DNA of 64,000 nucleotides from Fistulifera solaris (lineage: Eukaryota): positions 186,001-250,000 of the forward strand of contig AP026140.1 in the NCBI GenBank assembly GCA_030295235.1. The letters are read 5' to 3'. Both the position numbers and the translations under genes were made by a program. Below the pieces are notes generated by a model. That model did not search any database and was not told the DNA's origin. It worked only from the letters and a program-made list of their open reading frames with translations. Below are positions 37,971-50,564 of the stretch, one piece after another. Position 1 is the first letter of the stretch. Each line of letters starts with the position of its first letter.

Positions 37971-38851
37971 TTATGAAATTCGTTGCCGTTTGTTGCCGGG
38001 TACTTGCAAATCAGGCGTAACAGACCGAATGGTTCGCTTGTGTTCAGTCACTGGAAGCAATCGCCCATTTCCATACACTTTCCACGCCTCGTGACTACTC
38101 GCAGCAGTCGCCCCCGAAAGAAAGAGACGCCGTTCCAGTTCCGTTAGCCCTTTCGTGTATTCCGTTACATCATCACCAACACTGGAAAGTGCCCAGTTAA
38201 GAGTTTGTGACAAGCGTTGCCCGGTATATGCCTATTAGAGTTTCAGAGGAAGAAAGGTCAGTCACAATTTTCAACGCTAAAAAGCATAGATTTTCACGTG
38301 CAATCACTCACAGATAATAAAGTACGGCGCAATTGAGCGGATTCTCTCTTGATGAGCTCTAGTAACCGCAGGTCACTGTCTCCGGATCGTCGCCATGCTT
38401 TCTCGACGTGAGCCGTGTACGTGTCGAGTAGCTCTCCCAGTCTTTTCCCCGCAATGAAGAAACGTTCGTTGCGTTTTCTGGAGTGCGACAGTGTGTTAGC
38501 AAAACAGTTTATTTCCTTTGGCAAAAGGCGGACGATGAGCGCTCTCTCGTCTTCTTACCGGATGTCAGCCTCTCCGGCTTCAATTCTCTCTCGCGCTTTG
38601 CGTCCAAAGTGCCGCGGCAAAGAAAGCTTTACAAATCCCAGTGTAGCCCATTTTTCCACTGCCCAAACAGGCACTTTGAATTTGGTGCCTTCTGGTAGAT
38701 AGTGTCGTTTTCCTGGTCGTTCGTCAGGATCGAGATGCGACAAGTACGAAAAGTCGAAGTTGCTCTGACACGGAACGAGCTCTTCTTCCGCCAGAATCGC
38801 GTCGACGTCAAAGTAGTTTTTGTTAGCATTTTGCGAGTTGTTAATAGACAA
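37971..38851 (-). CDS. PSF3: GINS complex subunit PSF3
   Basis: NYFDVDAILAEEELVPC, LPEGTKFKVPVW, L.LPRHF, LTELERRLF. Two introns; start near 38830 is uncertain. Confidence 0.85.
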
Positions 38852-39068
38852 TATTGCTGCTGCTGGTTTCCAGGTGCTTTTTTGACCTTTATTAGCAATG
38901 AAAGGAGGAATGAAACATAATGATGTCCCTGGTGCTCACCACACCAACGAGGGGCACTTGTTTCGATTTGAACGTCGCGTCGGCCGATCCGTACCGCCAT
39001 CGTACAATTCTACGTAAAGAATGACGCGCCCGGCGCGCGAATTTCCTGGCTCGAAAAATGGATCCTGT

Positions 39069-39780
39069 GTCATGACTGGAAAAAATGGTGTCGTAAACCA
39101 ACACTTGGGCCTATAGTGAAAAACGAATGCATCTACAGTGAACCTCATTGACAAGAAGTAATGGAAGTGGTCATTAGAAATGCTAATATTCATCACAAGG
39201 ATCTTTCCTTACATGATAAGGGCTAGTTTTAACACACTTTTTTGCGGACAGAGCGGCGGAACATAGCCTCGAATAAAAATGCGGTTTGTGAGCTCATGAC
39301 TGAAATCCAGTCTTGGTTTCCATAAACTAACACTGAGGCCTATAGTGAAAATTCAAGAGATAGTGCGGTTAGCTTTATGACGCTGATAATGGAAATCCGC
39401 AAGAGAAATGGCATTATAAGTTACAGTAATCATTCGTTTATATGATACAGGCAAGTTTTAACACACTTTTTTGCGGACAGAGCGGCGGAACATAGCCTCG
39501 AATAAAAATGCGGTTTGTGAGCTCATGACTGAAATCCAGTCTTGGTTTCCATAAACTAACACTGAGGCCTATAGTGAAAATTCAAGAGATAGTGCGGTTA
39601 GCTTCATGACGCTGATAATGGAAATCCGCAATAGAAATGGCATTATAAGTTACAGTAATCATTCGTTTATATGATACAGGCAAGTTTTAACGCACTTTTT
39701 TGCGGACAGAGCGGCGGAACATAGCCTGGAATGAAAATGCGGTTTGTGCTCTCATGACTGAAATCCGGTCTTGGTTTCCT
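39069..39780 (+). repeat. ~230-bp tandem repeat (2 near-identical units, 1 partial, 1 degenerate)
   Basis: Units at ~39226, ~39456 and ~39686 share TTTTGCGGACAGAGCGGCGGAACATAGCC...CATGACTGAAATCCAGTC. Confidence 0.92.
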
Positions 39781-40489
39781 GCAACAAACAATAGTGGTAA
39801 TGTAAATGCTGGTTGGGTTGGCTTTGCACTATTATTTACAAAACTGAGAGTTGCACCTTATCAGATTATCAGAGGTGATTCACAAAGGGTTCACCGTGCC
39901 ATACTTGTTGAAGATGGCTCAAGCCCTAAAGCACACGCAACGGCACGACACAATTAATTATCCGCCAGTAAATTCATGAAAGGAAGCTTAGTTATCGCTC
40001 GGTACAATCCATTTTTCGAGAAAGCTGTTATCTTATTGCATTCGGTGCATGCTAAAATTAACTGAAAACAGGAAAGCTTCGGAGATTCTAGAATGATGAC
40101 GTCAAAGTTACGTGTCCCAACTCCCAACCCATCGTCAAAAATAATGTGACATGTGACTCTTACAGTTTGCACTATTGTGAATTCCTTGAGCGTTGTTACG
40201 TAAGTACCGCTTGCTACCACTTTCCTACACTTTATGGAGTAATTAGGAGTTAGGGTTTTCAGAAGCAGGATAGGATAGGATACTACCACGTACAGTACGG
40301 TGTGCAGGCACGACGAGGATTTGCGGAATGAACGATGACAGGAAAAGCTCGGAAGACCGCGGATGATACGGAGGCAAAGTGAAGTCACTGCTTTTTAATC
40401 AATTAGTACAATACTCTTCCTTTTCTATTGCGGCTCTTTCTTTCGAAACCTTCGTCGTCGTTAATTAGTTCAGGTTGCAATTTAGGGGA

Positions 40490-43400
40490 ATGGAGGAAGC
40501 ACAAGCTTTAGCGCTGGCCGAGGCAGCTTTATTCGCACAAGCCGAACGCGATCGCCGTCAATATGAAGGCATACCTTTTGACGCAATGGAGGCCTCGATG
40601 ATGACAGAAAGTGAAAGCCAACTGAGTATGGATCACCATAATCAACTCGGAGGATTCGGTATGCACGAAGCGGAATTACTAGAGAATTTAATGAATTTAC
40701 CGGATGACGAATCGAGGCACCAATTGCTGCAGCTACTTCAGCAACAAGAACAGCAACAACTTATGCAAGAATCGCTTCGGATGAGACCGGAAAGGCATTA
40801 CCTTACAATATCTAAAGAAGGTAAGCTAATTATTCGGCACGTTTTGGAGTTTGTGAAGTAAATCGTAAAAAGTCATTACGACGGTTCACAGGAATCTAAT
40901 TTCTGGGATGCTTTGTTATTCTTACTTTCAGGAACTGGTACGATATTGGAAGCAACGGAAACTGTTACTGGCTTTCAGCCCCAGGAGCTCCTTATGAATA
41001 GTTCGTATGATCTTGTCTGTGATGATGATTTGCCTGGTTTTTTGTGCATTAAAACACATTTTTGGGACGAAGGTATTCTGGATGTTGAGGTAATGATTCG
41101 GCGGAGGACAGTGGACGGGGACTGGCTATGGCTGGCTTCAAAGGCTGTTGATTTCAATGAGCAACCGGTTCCCAATATCACTCTCGAAGAGACTCTGATA
41201 CATGACGAAGAAATGGCAAAAGGCTCAATCGGATTATAAGAATAACAGCGGTCTTAGTGCAAGCAGTTGAAGCGGCATGGTTGACTGAGGTGCAAGCTGG
41301 GGAATCAACGAAAGATAGCACAGCATCGCATAAGCCTGCGCTAGTACCTCCGCCGAATTCTTTAGTGACGGAAGATGTTCAAGCATATCAAGAATGGATT
41401 CAGCGCATAACGGCTTCCGGCGAACATGTTGTAGATGATACTTTGCAGCGACTTTTACAATTGGCAGCCACTCCTAATCCACACCAATCGAAGCCATCCG
41501 AGATTGAGCAAGAAATTATTGAGAGATTTGTCTCTGCGCATAAAAAGAAAACATTTGATCCTTTTTCAATGATTGAATCGGTGCGAAAAGGTGTTCGATT
41601 AGATCTGGGCCTCACACAGCTTTATCCTGAAGAAGTTAAACTTATCACTGCTGTGCTGATAGGTATGGTGCCCGTTACAGAAGCAGTACCGGCGGTATTG
41701 TCAGTGCTTCACCAGGATGGCGGCCTGAGAGCTCTAGCGATGCAACTAGACTCATCTCTTCCCACACCACAACTCTCGCAATCGCCTGAAAGTCCCAGCA
41801 GGAAGCGACAATCAATACCGGTTTCTCTAGATGCTCCTGTGCCTCCGATATCCGTTGTGAACTTGTCTTATACTTACATCGGAAATGCCGGAATGGAGAT
41901 GCTCAGTGAACTTTTACATAACGGCACAACAACACTGAAATCGCTGGATGTGAGTTTTTGTGGTCTAGAAGAAAAAGGATTAATGGCGCTAGCACGTGGT
42001 TTTACCAAAAGAAAGAGAAATGGGTTACCTTATCTCCGAGGTGTCATTATTTCAGGAAATCAGATTACACCAAAAGCAGCAATAGAAATCGGCACGGCTC
42101 TGTCGCCACTGGAAGTTGGTCCAAAAAGCGAAAGCCCCGTTTATCAGTCTCGAAAAGCAGAACAGGATACGATACAGATACCGATGATGATGACTTCGAT
42201 GACGACGATTCAGATGCACCGAGGGAGACGAAGCGAAAATGTTGCGTAGAAAATGAGGGGCTTCAGGTATTGCACGTCGCTTGCGCATCTTTAACTCCAG
42301 CCGCTCTTAGTCGACTTTTTAGAAGGACTCGGAATGCACTGCCCTGTAAAAGAGCTAAATCTGGCGTCCAACAATTTTGGTCCTAAGGGAGCAAATGCGT
42401 TAGTGTCTTTTCTTGAAACGACAAGGAAGTCCGTCATGCACAAAGCACTGCCATTCCTCGATCGATTAGATGTATCAAATAACAACCTTGGCGACGACGG
42501 CGTGGCTCAGCTCACAAGAGCGATAGCTTCAAAGAAAACCCAAGTTCAGATCGTCGATTTAAAGCTGTCATCCAATGCCATAGGACCAGGAGGAATAGAG
42601 ACTATTATGAACAAGCTACTTTCGAAGCACGAACTGCAAAGCCTTTCACTTGATAAAAACTGTATTGGGGATCAAGGTTGCCAGCTAGTTGCAGCTTCGC
42701 TACAAAGTCTTCGTTCTCTGTCAAGGTTGAATTTGAGTTTCAACCAGATCGGGAGCAGAGGGATCAATAGCTTGATGCGCAGTCTCATATCGTGCGACTC
42801 TGTAACCTACCTCGGCCTCTCTGGAAATATTCTGCGAATAACCGGTGCTATTGCTCTTGCTTTTTGCCTTGCTCAGCACCCTCGTCTCGAAGAGCTTGAC
42901 CTTGATAACTGCTGTCTTGGGCAAGCAGCACAGTGCCACATTGCTGCTGGAATTATTTCGAATCGATGGGTTCCCATGAAAAGACTAAACGGTTTTCTTG
43001 TGGGTCCTCCCATGGTGGCAATCGGTGCTCTAAAACCATACGCTGCCCAGCTGCCTAACGAAGATTGCTTTCGAATCCGAAAAGATGAGCAAATGAAGAC
43101 CATACTGCAATGGACCGAAGAAAATAGGAACGCCAGGAGGGGGAGGCAAGAGTATAGATCCAGCAATTTTAGCCGCTGCTGGACTTACCGCGGAAACAGA
43201 CTATCAACAGTCACGATTTCTGACACCAGATTTTGTTGCAAGTATTAACGATGTACACGGCACACCGTCACAAAATGCTTACTTTCGTTTACTTGGATGG
43301 TTAGGGCAAATTCCGTTTGATGAAGATGAGTTAACCGCTCTACAGAAGTACTTCTTCGACTCGGACGGTGGGGAGGGAGACAGAAACAGTGACGGATACA

Positions 43401-44429
43401 TCAATCTGAAGCTAAGAGGAGATCTCCTCGCCGCTTTGGATAGTGAAGTTGCAGATGAATTCAGAATAGAACTACCTAGTTTGGCATCCGCGGTTAAAGG
43501 ATCTATTGGGATCGATCTTGATAAGGTTGACGAGTTAGATTGGAGTGCGTGGAAGGCATTTTTGGGCAATATTGCGGAAGCTCCACCCAAAGATACACTT
43601 GATCACGAAGAGCAGAAATCGCCCTCTATTTACAACGAAAGCACCGCTGAGGGCAATGAAGAAGAGGAAAGCGATGTTGGGAGTTATAGGGCAGATTCGT
43701 CGATGAAACACGTTGATTCCTCATCGTCTATCAATGGAAGAGGCAAAATTAAGCCGAGGATTACGATGTTTCCTCAGTTTGAGCACCAATTGGAAGAACT
43801 GAAAGAAGCTGCCACGGAGATGATAGAACAGGAAGACGATCCTATGCAGCATGATATCATTCTGACGCAGTATGCCGAGGCTTCGTTGATGATTTTGCGT
43901 CAGCTTAGGTATCATTGTATGAATAGTGGAATTGATGGCTGGCGAAAAGGTGGGCTCAAACGAAAAGTTTTGATCATTGATGACAGTAATGTTACGAGAA
44001 GAATGGTTTCCCGGGCATTTGAGAAAGCTGATTTCATCGTTGATACAGCATCAAATGGAGCCGAAGGCGTCGAAAAGCTAAAAGCATCTATCTATGACAT
44101 TGCCTTCATGGACATTGACATGCCGGTCATGGATGGTTTTGAAGCTACGAAGAAGCTTCGCGAGTGGGAAGACTCGATGCGTCCAGGTGCTAGACAGCCA
44201 ATCTGTGCTTTAACCGCAACTTATGTTGATGACTTCGAGCGGAGCGAACTAATGAAGTTTAAAGAAGCTGGCCTTGATGTTATGGAAAGCAAGCCTTGTA
44301 ACATACCACGGCTTTTTCAAAGTGGTCGACGACGTGTCTCCCATGTTCAGCGATTTAAGCATATCGATTCGACGCGATAGATCCGACTCGAAACTCTCCG
44401 ACTCTCAGTATTCGGACAAATCTCTGTAA
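40490..44429 (+). CDS. PAS + leucine-rich repeat (RI-like) + response-regulator receiver protein (reconstructed across an intron and several frameshifts)
   Basis: PAS: VTGFQPQEL..SYDLV..DD..RRRTVDGDWLWL. LRRs: LxxLxLxxNxIGxxG. REC: KVLIIDDS, DIAFMDIDMPVMDG, ICALTA, KP. Confidence 0.78.
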
Positions 44430-44769
44430 ATTAAGACAGTTAATATAGAAAATGCTAGTTGTTACACTTGAACCTCTGAACTTTTGATCACTAATCACCG
44501 ATTCTTAGAGATAGTTCGAGCGTACTTTGCATGGCACTTGTAAGACGAAAATGGTCTTCATTTTACCGAATAAAGCATTCGAAGAGAAAAGTAATGAACG
44601 CGGCTTGTGATCCGGTCTAGCAATTGCACCTGTGAAGTCATCACAGGTGCTAGGTACCGTCGAAGAGGCTCGACAGTCGAAGCGCGGTTACTGTATACGA
44701 GGAGTAACTTCACTTTTCTAAAATGGACAAAAGTTGTGGTATCTGTTCGTGCCTGATGAGAATCAACTG

Positions 44770-44945
44770 ATTTAGCAATTTTTCCGCTCTGAAAAACGTT
44801 GCAGCTTTTGCACTGGACGCATCTCAAGGGTTAACTATGAATGGCATAGTTTGAGAATCAGCTTATTTAGCAATTCTTCCACTTTGATAAGCGTTGCAGC
44901 TTTTGCACAGGAAACATCTCGAAGGTCAACTATGAATGGCGTAGT
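44770..44945 (+). repeat. Short diverged direct repeat (2 x ~80 bp)
   Basis: ATTTAGCAATT...CGTTGCAGCTTTTGCAC...AACTATGAATGGC occurs twice, ~95 bp apart. Confidence 0.8.
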
Positions 44946-45036
44946 CTAATATACGATATAATCGAACAACCATTTGTGCAATTCAATTTCAATCAGTTTG
45001 ATATATGGCCTATGTACTATGTACTACATTATTTCC

Positions 45037-46614
45037 TTAGTCAATTTCTTCAATCGTAGGTCCACTGGCCGGGTCAGCACCTGGAGGCGCACCACCCATG
45101 TCCGGCATAGGACCACCCGGCATGCCCCCGGGCATACCACCGGCACCTCCAGCCATCTTCTGAAGAATGGGCATGGCAATACCTTCCAAAGACTTTTGCT
45201 TCTCTTCATACTCTTCCTTCTCGGCAGAGGGGTTCGACTCGAGCCACTTGATGGTGTCTTCAATGGCCGACTCCAAAGCAGCCTTGTCATCCGACGGAAT
45301 CTTGTCCTTGACTTCGTCACCGGAGATGGAGCTCTTCAAGCTGTAGCAATAGTTCTCCAAGCCATTCTTGGCCTCAATACGGTTCTTATTGGCATCATCT
45401 TCAGCCTTGTACTTCTCGGCTTCGGAAACCATGCGCTCAATCTCCTCCTGAGAAAGACGACCCTTGTCGTTGGTGATGGTAATCTTGTTCTCCTTTCCAG
45501 TGGACTTCTCAATGGCAGACACGTTCAAAATACCGTTGGCATCAATGTCAAAGGTCACATCAATCTGGGGCTGACCACGAGGCATGGGAGGAATTCCATC
45601 AAGATTGAACTTTCCGAGCAAGTTGTTATCCTTGGTCATGGAACGTTCTCCCTCAAAGACTTGAATCAACACACCGGGCTGGTTGTCCGCGTAAGTGGAG
45701 AACGTTTGCGACTTTTTCGCAGGGACAGTCGTGTTTCTCTTGATCAACGTCGTCATGACACCTCCCGCCGTCTCCAATCCGAGCGAGAGTGGAGTGACAT
45801 CGAGCAACAAGAGCTCGGAGAGCTTCTCACTCTTGTCCGCGCCAGACAAAATGGCGGCCTGGACCGTGGCACCGAACGCCACGGCCTCGTCGGGGTTGAT
45901 GGTCTTGCAAAGATCCTTTCCATTGAAGAACTCGGAAAGCATCGATTGGACCTTGGGGATACGAGTGGAACCACCGACCAAGACGATTTCGTGAACTTGA
46001 TTCTTGGCAATCTTCGAATCACGCAAAACCTTCTCGCAGGGCTCGATGCACTTCTTGAAGTAGTCCATGCAGAGATCCTCGAAACGGGCACGAGTGATGG
46101 TCGAGTTGAAATCAATACCATCGAATAGAGAGTCGATTTCGATGTGTGCCTGCGTCGACGACGAAAGAGTGCGCTTGGCGCGTTCGCAGGCCGTGCGCAA
46201 ACGGCGGAGGGAGCGCTGGTTTTGCGACATGTCCTTGCGGTGACGTTTCTTGAACTCCTGGAGGAAATAGTCGACCATGCGGTTATCAAAGTCCTCACCT
46301 CCCAAGTGGGTATCACCCGCGGTTGCCTTGACTTCGAAGATGCCTTCCTCAATGGTGAGCAAGGAAACATCGAAGGTACCTCCACCCAAATCGAAGATGA
46401 GGACGTTCTTCTCGTCACCCTTCTGGTCAAGACCGTAGGCAATAGCAGCGGCAGTAGGCTCGTTGATGATACGAAGAACGTTCAAGCCGGCAATCGAACC
46501 AGCATCCTTGGTCGCTTGACGCTGCGAGTCGTTGAAGTAAGCCGGGACGGTAATGACGGCGTTCTTGACTTCCTTTCCGAGATAAGCTTCAGCGATTTCC
46601 TTCATCTTGGTCAA

Positions 46615-46647
<33 letters not shown>

Positions 46648-47149
46648 TTTCTTCTCTCCCTTGTATTCGACCTCAATGATGGGGGTACCGCCGGGTCCGG
46701 AGACGACGGTGAAAGGCCAGTGTTTCATGTCGGATTGAACACCAGGATCGGTGAACTTACGTCCGATAAGACGCTTGGCATCGAAGATGGTGTTGTGGGC
46801 GTTCATAGCAGCCTGAGACTTGGCGGCATCACCGATAAGACGTTCGGTTTCGGTGAAAGCCACATACGAAGGGGTCGTACGATTGCCCTGGTCGTTGGCA
46901 ATGATCTCGACACGATCGTTCTGCCAAACTCCAACACAACTGTAAGTTGTACCAAGATCGATTCCTACAGATTCTCCAGTAACAGCTGAGATTGAAAGAA
47001 GAGAAAAAGATAGTGAGTAATCGTGTCGCGAAAACGATCAATGTATCATTCAATCATCAACAGAGCTTTTAAAAGATGCTGGAGGCCGCGCGTACAGCCA
47101 ACTTCACAAGCGATACAGAAGATTCGATTTTCAATTACTTACTGGCCAT
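45037..47149 (-). CDS. HSP70: Cytosolic heat shock protein 70
   Basis: 7-nt first exon (ATG 47149), intron 46986-47142, then [44 protein letters not shown] repeats and a GPTIEEID end. Confidence 0.99.
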
Positions 47150-47623
47150 GGTTTCTCTTTTTTGTTTCTTTTTGAAATGCTTTGCGATAGATTGTTTACG
47201 TTCACTCGAATGTGAAAATTATGGCGATGCGGGGCACGAAGCGACTTTGTTGGCCTCGCACCCTTGTGTCGTGGTTCTCACGAACGAAATGGAAATCCAA
47301 GGAACTTTGGGATAATGTATGCTAAATAGTTCGATGAAATTGCCGCGTGGTTTTCCCGCGCGTCTGACCTCAGCACGAACCACTGTACGTCAGACCTTCG
47401 TGGGTTGCCAAAATGAGTGGTTTAGAGTGTGGCGATGGTTAATCGTGTTTGCGTCTTCCACGCGTCGCTTTTTTGACAAAGATCCTGTTGCGCTCGGTGG
47501 ACAGACGGGTTCGTAAACCTGAACCCGAAAGAAGTCGAATTTTTACTGGTATGCATTGCAAAAATCTGGGCGAGCGGCATTTCAACGTCAGAAAAAGTGA
47601 GGATTGCCGTTGTCGCGTCCACT

Positions 47624-49586
47624 GCGAATACCGATGGTCCAGACTTTTGGAATTGCCGCAGAATTTCTGTAATGGTCCAGAAAAACAGAACAAAATTTCT
47701 GTATGATCGCAAACACGATGGTCAAGAATTTCTGGACCACCACAAAATTTCTGTATGATCGCAAACGCGATGGTCAAGAATTTCTGTGTGATCGCAAACA
47801 CGATGGTCAAGAATTTCTGGACCACCACAAAATTTCTGTGTGATCGCAAACACGATGGTCAAGAATTTCTGGACCACCACAAAATTTCTGTATGATCGCA
47901 AACGCGATGGTCAAGAATTTCTGGACCACCACAAAATTTCTGTATGATTGCAAACCCTGATGGTCCAGAATTTCTGGACCAACACAGAATTTATGTATGA
48001 TTGCAAATCCCGATGGTCAAGAATTTCTGGACCATCACAGAATTTCTGTATGTGTGCAAATCCCGATGGTCAAGAATTTCTGGACCATCACAGAATTTCT
48101 GTATGATTTAAACGCCGATGGTCCAGAATTTCTGGACCATGTCAGAAATATTTTAAACACCGAAAGTCCAGAATTTCTGGACCAGCACTGAATTTCTGTA
48201 TGATCGCAAACACCGATGATCCAGAATTTCTGGACCACCACAGAATTCTGTATGATTGCAAATACCGAATACCGATGGTCCAAAATTTCTGGATTACCAC
48301 AGAATTTCTGTATGAACGCAAACCCTGATGGTCCATAACTTCTGGACCAGCATAGAATAGCAAATACGGATGGTCCAGAATTTGTGAACAACGGAATTCC
48401 TCTATGAACGCATAAACCGATGGTCCAGAATTTCTGGAAACAACGATGGTCCAGAATTTCTGGATTACCACAGAATTTCTGTATGATCGCAAACAGCGCT
48501 GGTCAACAATTTCTAGACCATCACAGAATTTCTGTATGAACGCAGAGATCTGCAGAGATCTATGGTCCAGAAATTCTGGACTACCACAGATTCTCTGTAT
48601 GATCGCAAACACCGATGGTCCAGAATATCTAGAAGTACCACGAAATTTCTGTATGATCGCAAACACGATGGTCAAGAATTTCTGGACCACCACAAAATTT
48701 CTGTATGATTGCAAATCCCGATGGTCCAAAATTTCTGGATTACCACAGAATTTCGGTATGATCGCATACACCGATGGTCAAGATTATCTGGACCACCACA
48801 GAATTTCTGTATGATTGCAAATACCGATGGTCCAGAAATTCTGGACCACCACAGAATTTTCTGTATGATCGCAGAATACCGATGGTCCAGAATTTCTGGA
48901 CCACCACAGAATTTCGGTATGATCGCAATACACCGATGGTCCAGATTTTCTGGACCAACACAAATTTTATGTATGATTGCAAACCCTGATGGTCCTGAAT
49001 TTCTGGACCACCACAGAATTTCGGTATGATCGCAAACAGCGATGGTCCAGAATTTCTGGACCATCACAGTATTTCTGTATGATTGCAAACCCTGATGGTC
49101 CTGAATTTCTGGATGACCACAGAATTTCTGTATTATCGCAAACAGCGATGGTCCAGAATTTCTGGATGACCATAGAATTTTCTGTAGGATCGCAAACACC
49201 GATGGTCCAGAATTTCTGGACCACCACAGAATTTCTGTATGACCGCAAACACCGATGGTCCAGAATTTCTGGACCACCACAGAATTTCGGTATGATCGCA
49301 TACACCGTAGTCCAGAAATTATGGAAACACCGATGGTCCAGACCACAAAATTTCTGTTTGATCGCATACACCAATGGTCCAGAATTTCTGGACCACCACA
49401 GAATATCTGTATGTGTGCAAACCCCGATGGTCCAGAATTTCTGGACCACCACAGAATTTCTTGACTATGACAGAATTTCTGTATGATCGCAATACCGATG
49501 GTCCAGAATTTCTGGACCACCACAGAATATCTGTATGTTTGCAAACCCGTGGTCCAGATTTTCTGGACCACCACAGAATTGCCCTG
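47624..49586. repeat. ~53-bp palindrome-rich satellite array (~35 units)
   Basis: Consensus approx. GATGGTCCAGAATTTCTGGACCACCACAGAATTTCTGTATGATCGCAAACACC. Same family as the 2.5-4.0 kb block. Confidence 0.95.
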
Positions 49587-49773
49587 TGACATATCGCTGT
49601 TGTTGTTATTATTGTTTCGTCCAACAGACACAACAATAACACCGGTACATTTTCATTTATTGCATAGTAATTGCTTGCTGTGCGCTCCTAAATAATATCA
49701 TGGACGGCAAAAGAATGATGCGATAGCGAGTACTCCAACGACGGTCGGCAACAAAAGCATCTACGAATTCCTT

Positions 49774-50371
49774 ATGGGAAATCATCCCCTCAGTTCGTCG
49801 CGCTACTCGCACCGCGATGCCCTGCATCCACCGGTACCCACGAGAGATGATTCTCCTTATAGTATTGATCATATCACTCGCCGATCACTTCCTTATCCAT
49901 TGCCATGGAAACCGGTGGCGTCTCCGACGGAACCTCCTCCCGATTTTAGTTGGTTGACGGGCTCGTGCGCGGGGAAAGTGGCGATTGGTGTCATCGGCGG
50001 TGCGGGCATGGGAGCTCTCATGGGTCTATTCCTTGGAGCTTTGTCGGATACAACACCTCCCGTACAAGTCATAGGAGGACGTGATGTGCCGCAGGCTCCT
50101 CTGCGCGAGCAAATGAGGGTCGTCATGCGAGCTACGGCGGAAAAAATCCAGATACTGGGCGGGGAATTTTGCGTTCATCACGGGAGTCTTTGCTGGTTCC
50201 GAGTGCTTGGTCGAAAAATACAGAGGAAAGAATGATTTATGGAATTCGGTAGCCAGTGGATGCATTACCGGAGCTGCCATGCAGGCTAAGGCAGGTCCGC
50301 AATCCGCGGCCTTGGGCTGTGGGGGATTTGCGGCATTTTCCTTGGTGATTGACAGTTTTATGCATCATTAA
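49774..50371 (+). CDS. TIM22: Mitochondrial import translocase Tim22 (Tim17/22/23 family)
   Basis: SC..K...G..GGAGMGALMGLF; after a frameshift at ~50145, FAFITGVFAGSECLVEKYRGKNDLWNSVASGCITGA...GCGGFAAFS. Confidence 0.88.
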
Positions 50372-50564
50372 CAAGTAACATTGTAACAATAAAATAAAAA
50401 GGTTGTATTGAATAAAAGGTGCTGAAGTCGAAGCGAAGTAGTGCTTCGCCGGTTTCTAAGACGCGTTGAAATACCCTAAAAATTTGTAATAATGATTAAA
50501 AGAATTAGATTCATGTTTCTGGCCCCCACCTGTTGCACCAATCGATTGTAACAGCTTAACGAGC

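Noticed and set aside
44974..46989. Long + strand ORFs (384 and 281 aa)
   Set aside because: Antisense shadows of HSP70 caused by codon bias, a well-known artefact.
47150..47620. Canonical heat-shock elements in the HSP70 promoter
   Set aside because: No clear triple nGAAn inverted array could be identified by eye.
47624..49586. CRISPR-like array of palindromic repeats
   Set aside because: Sequences between palindromes are homologous rather than unique spacers, there are no cas genes, and the context is eukaryotic.
47422..49695. Many overlapping ORFs in the satellite (also at 2335-4068)
   Set aside because: Translations simply repeat the satellite unit in several frames.
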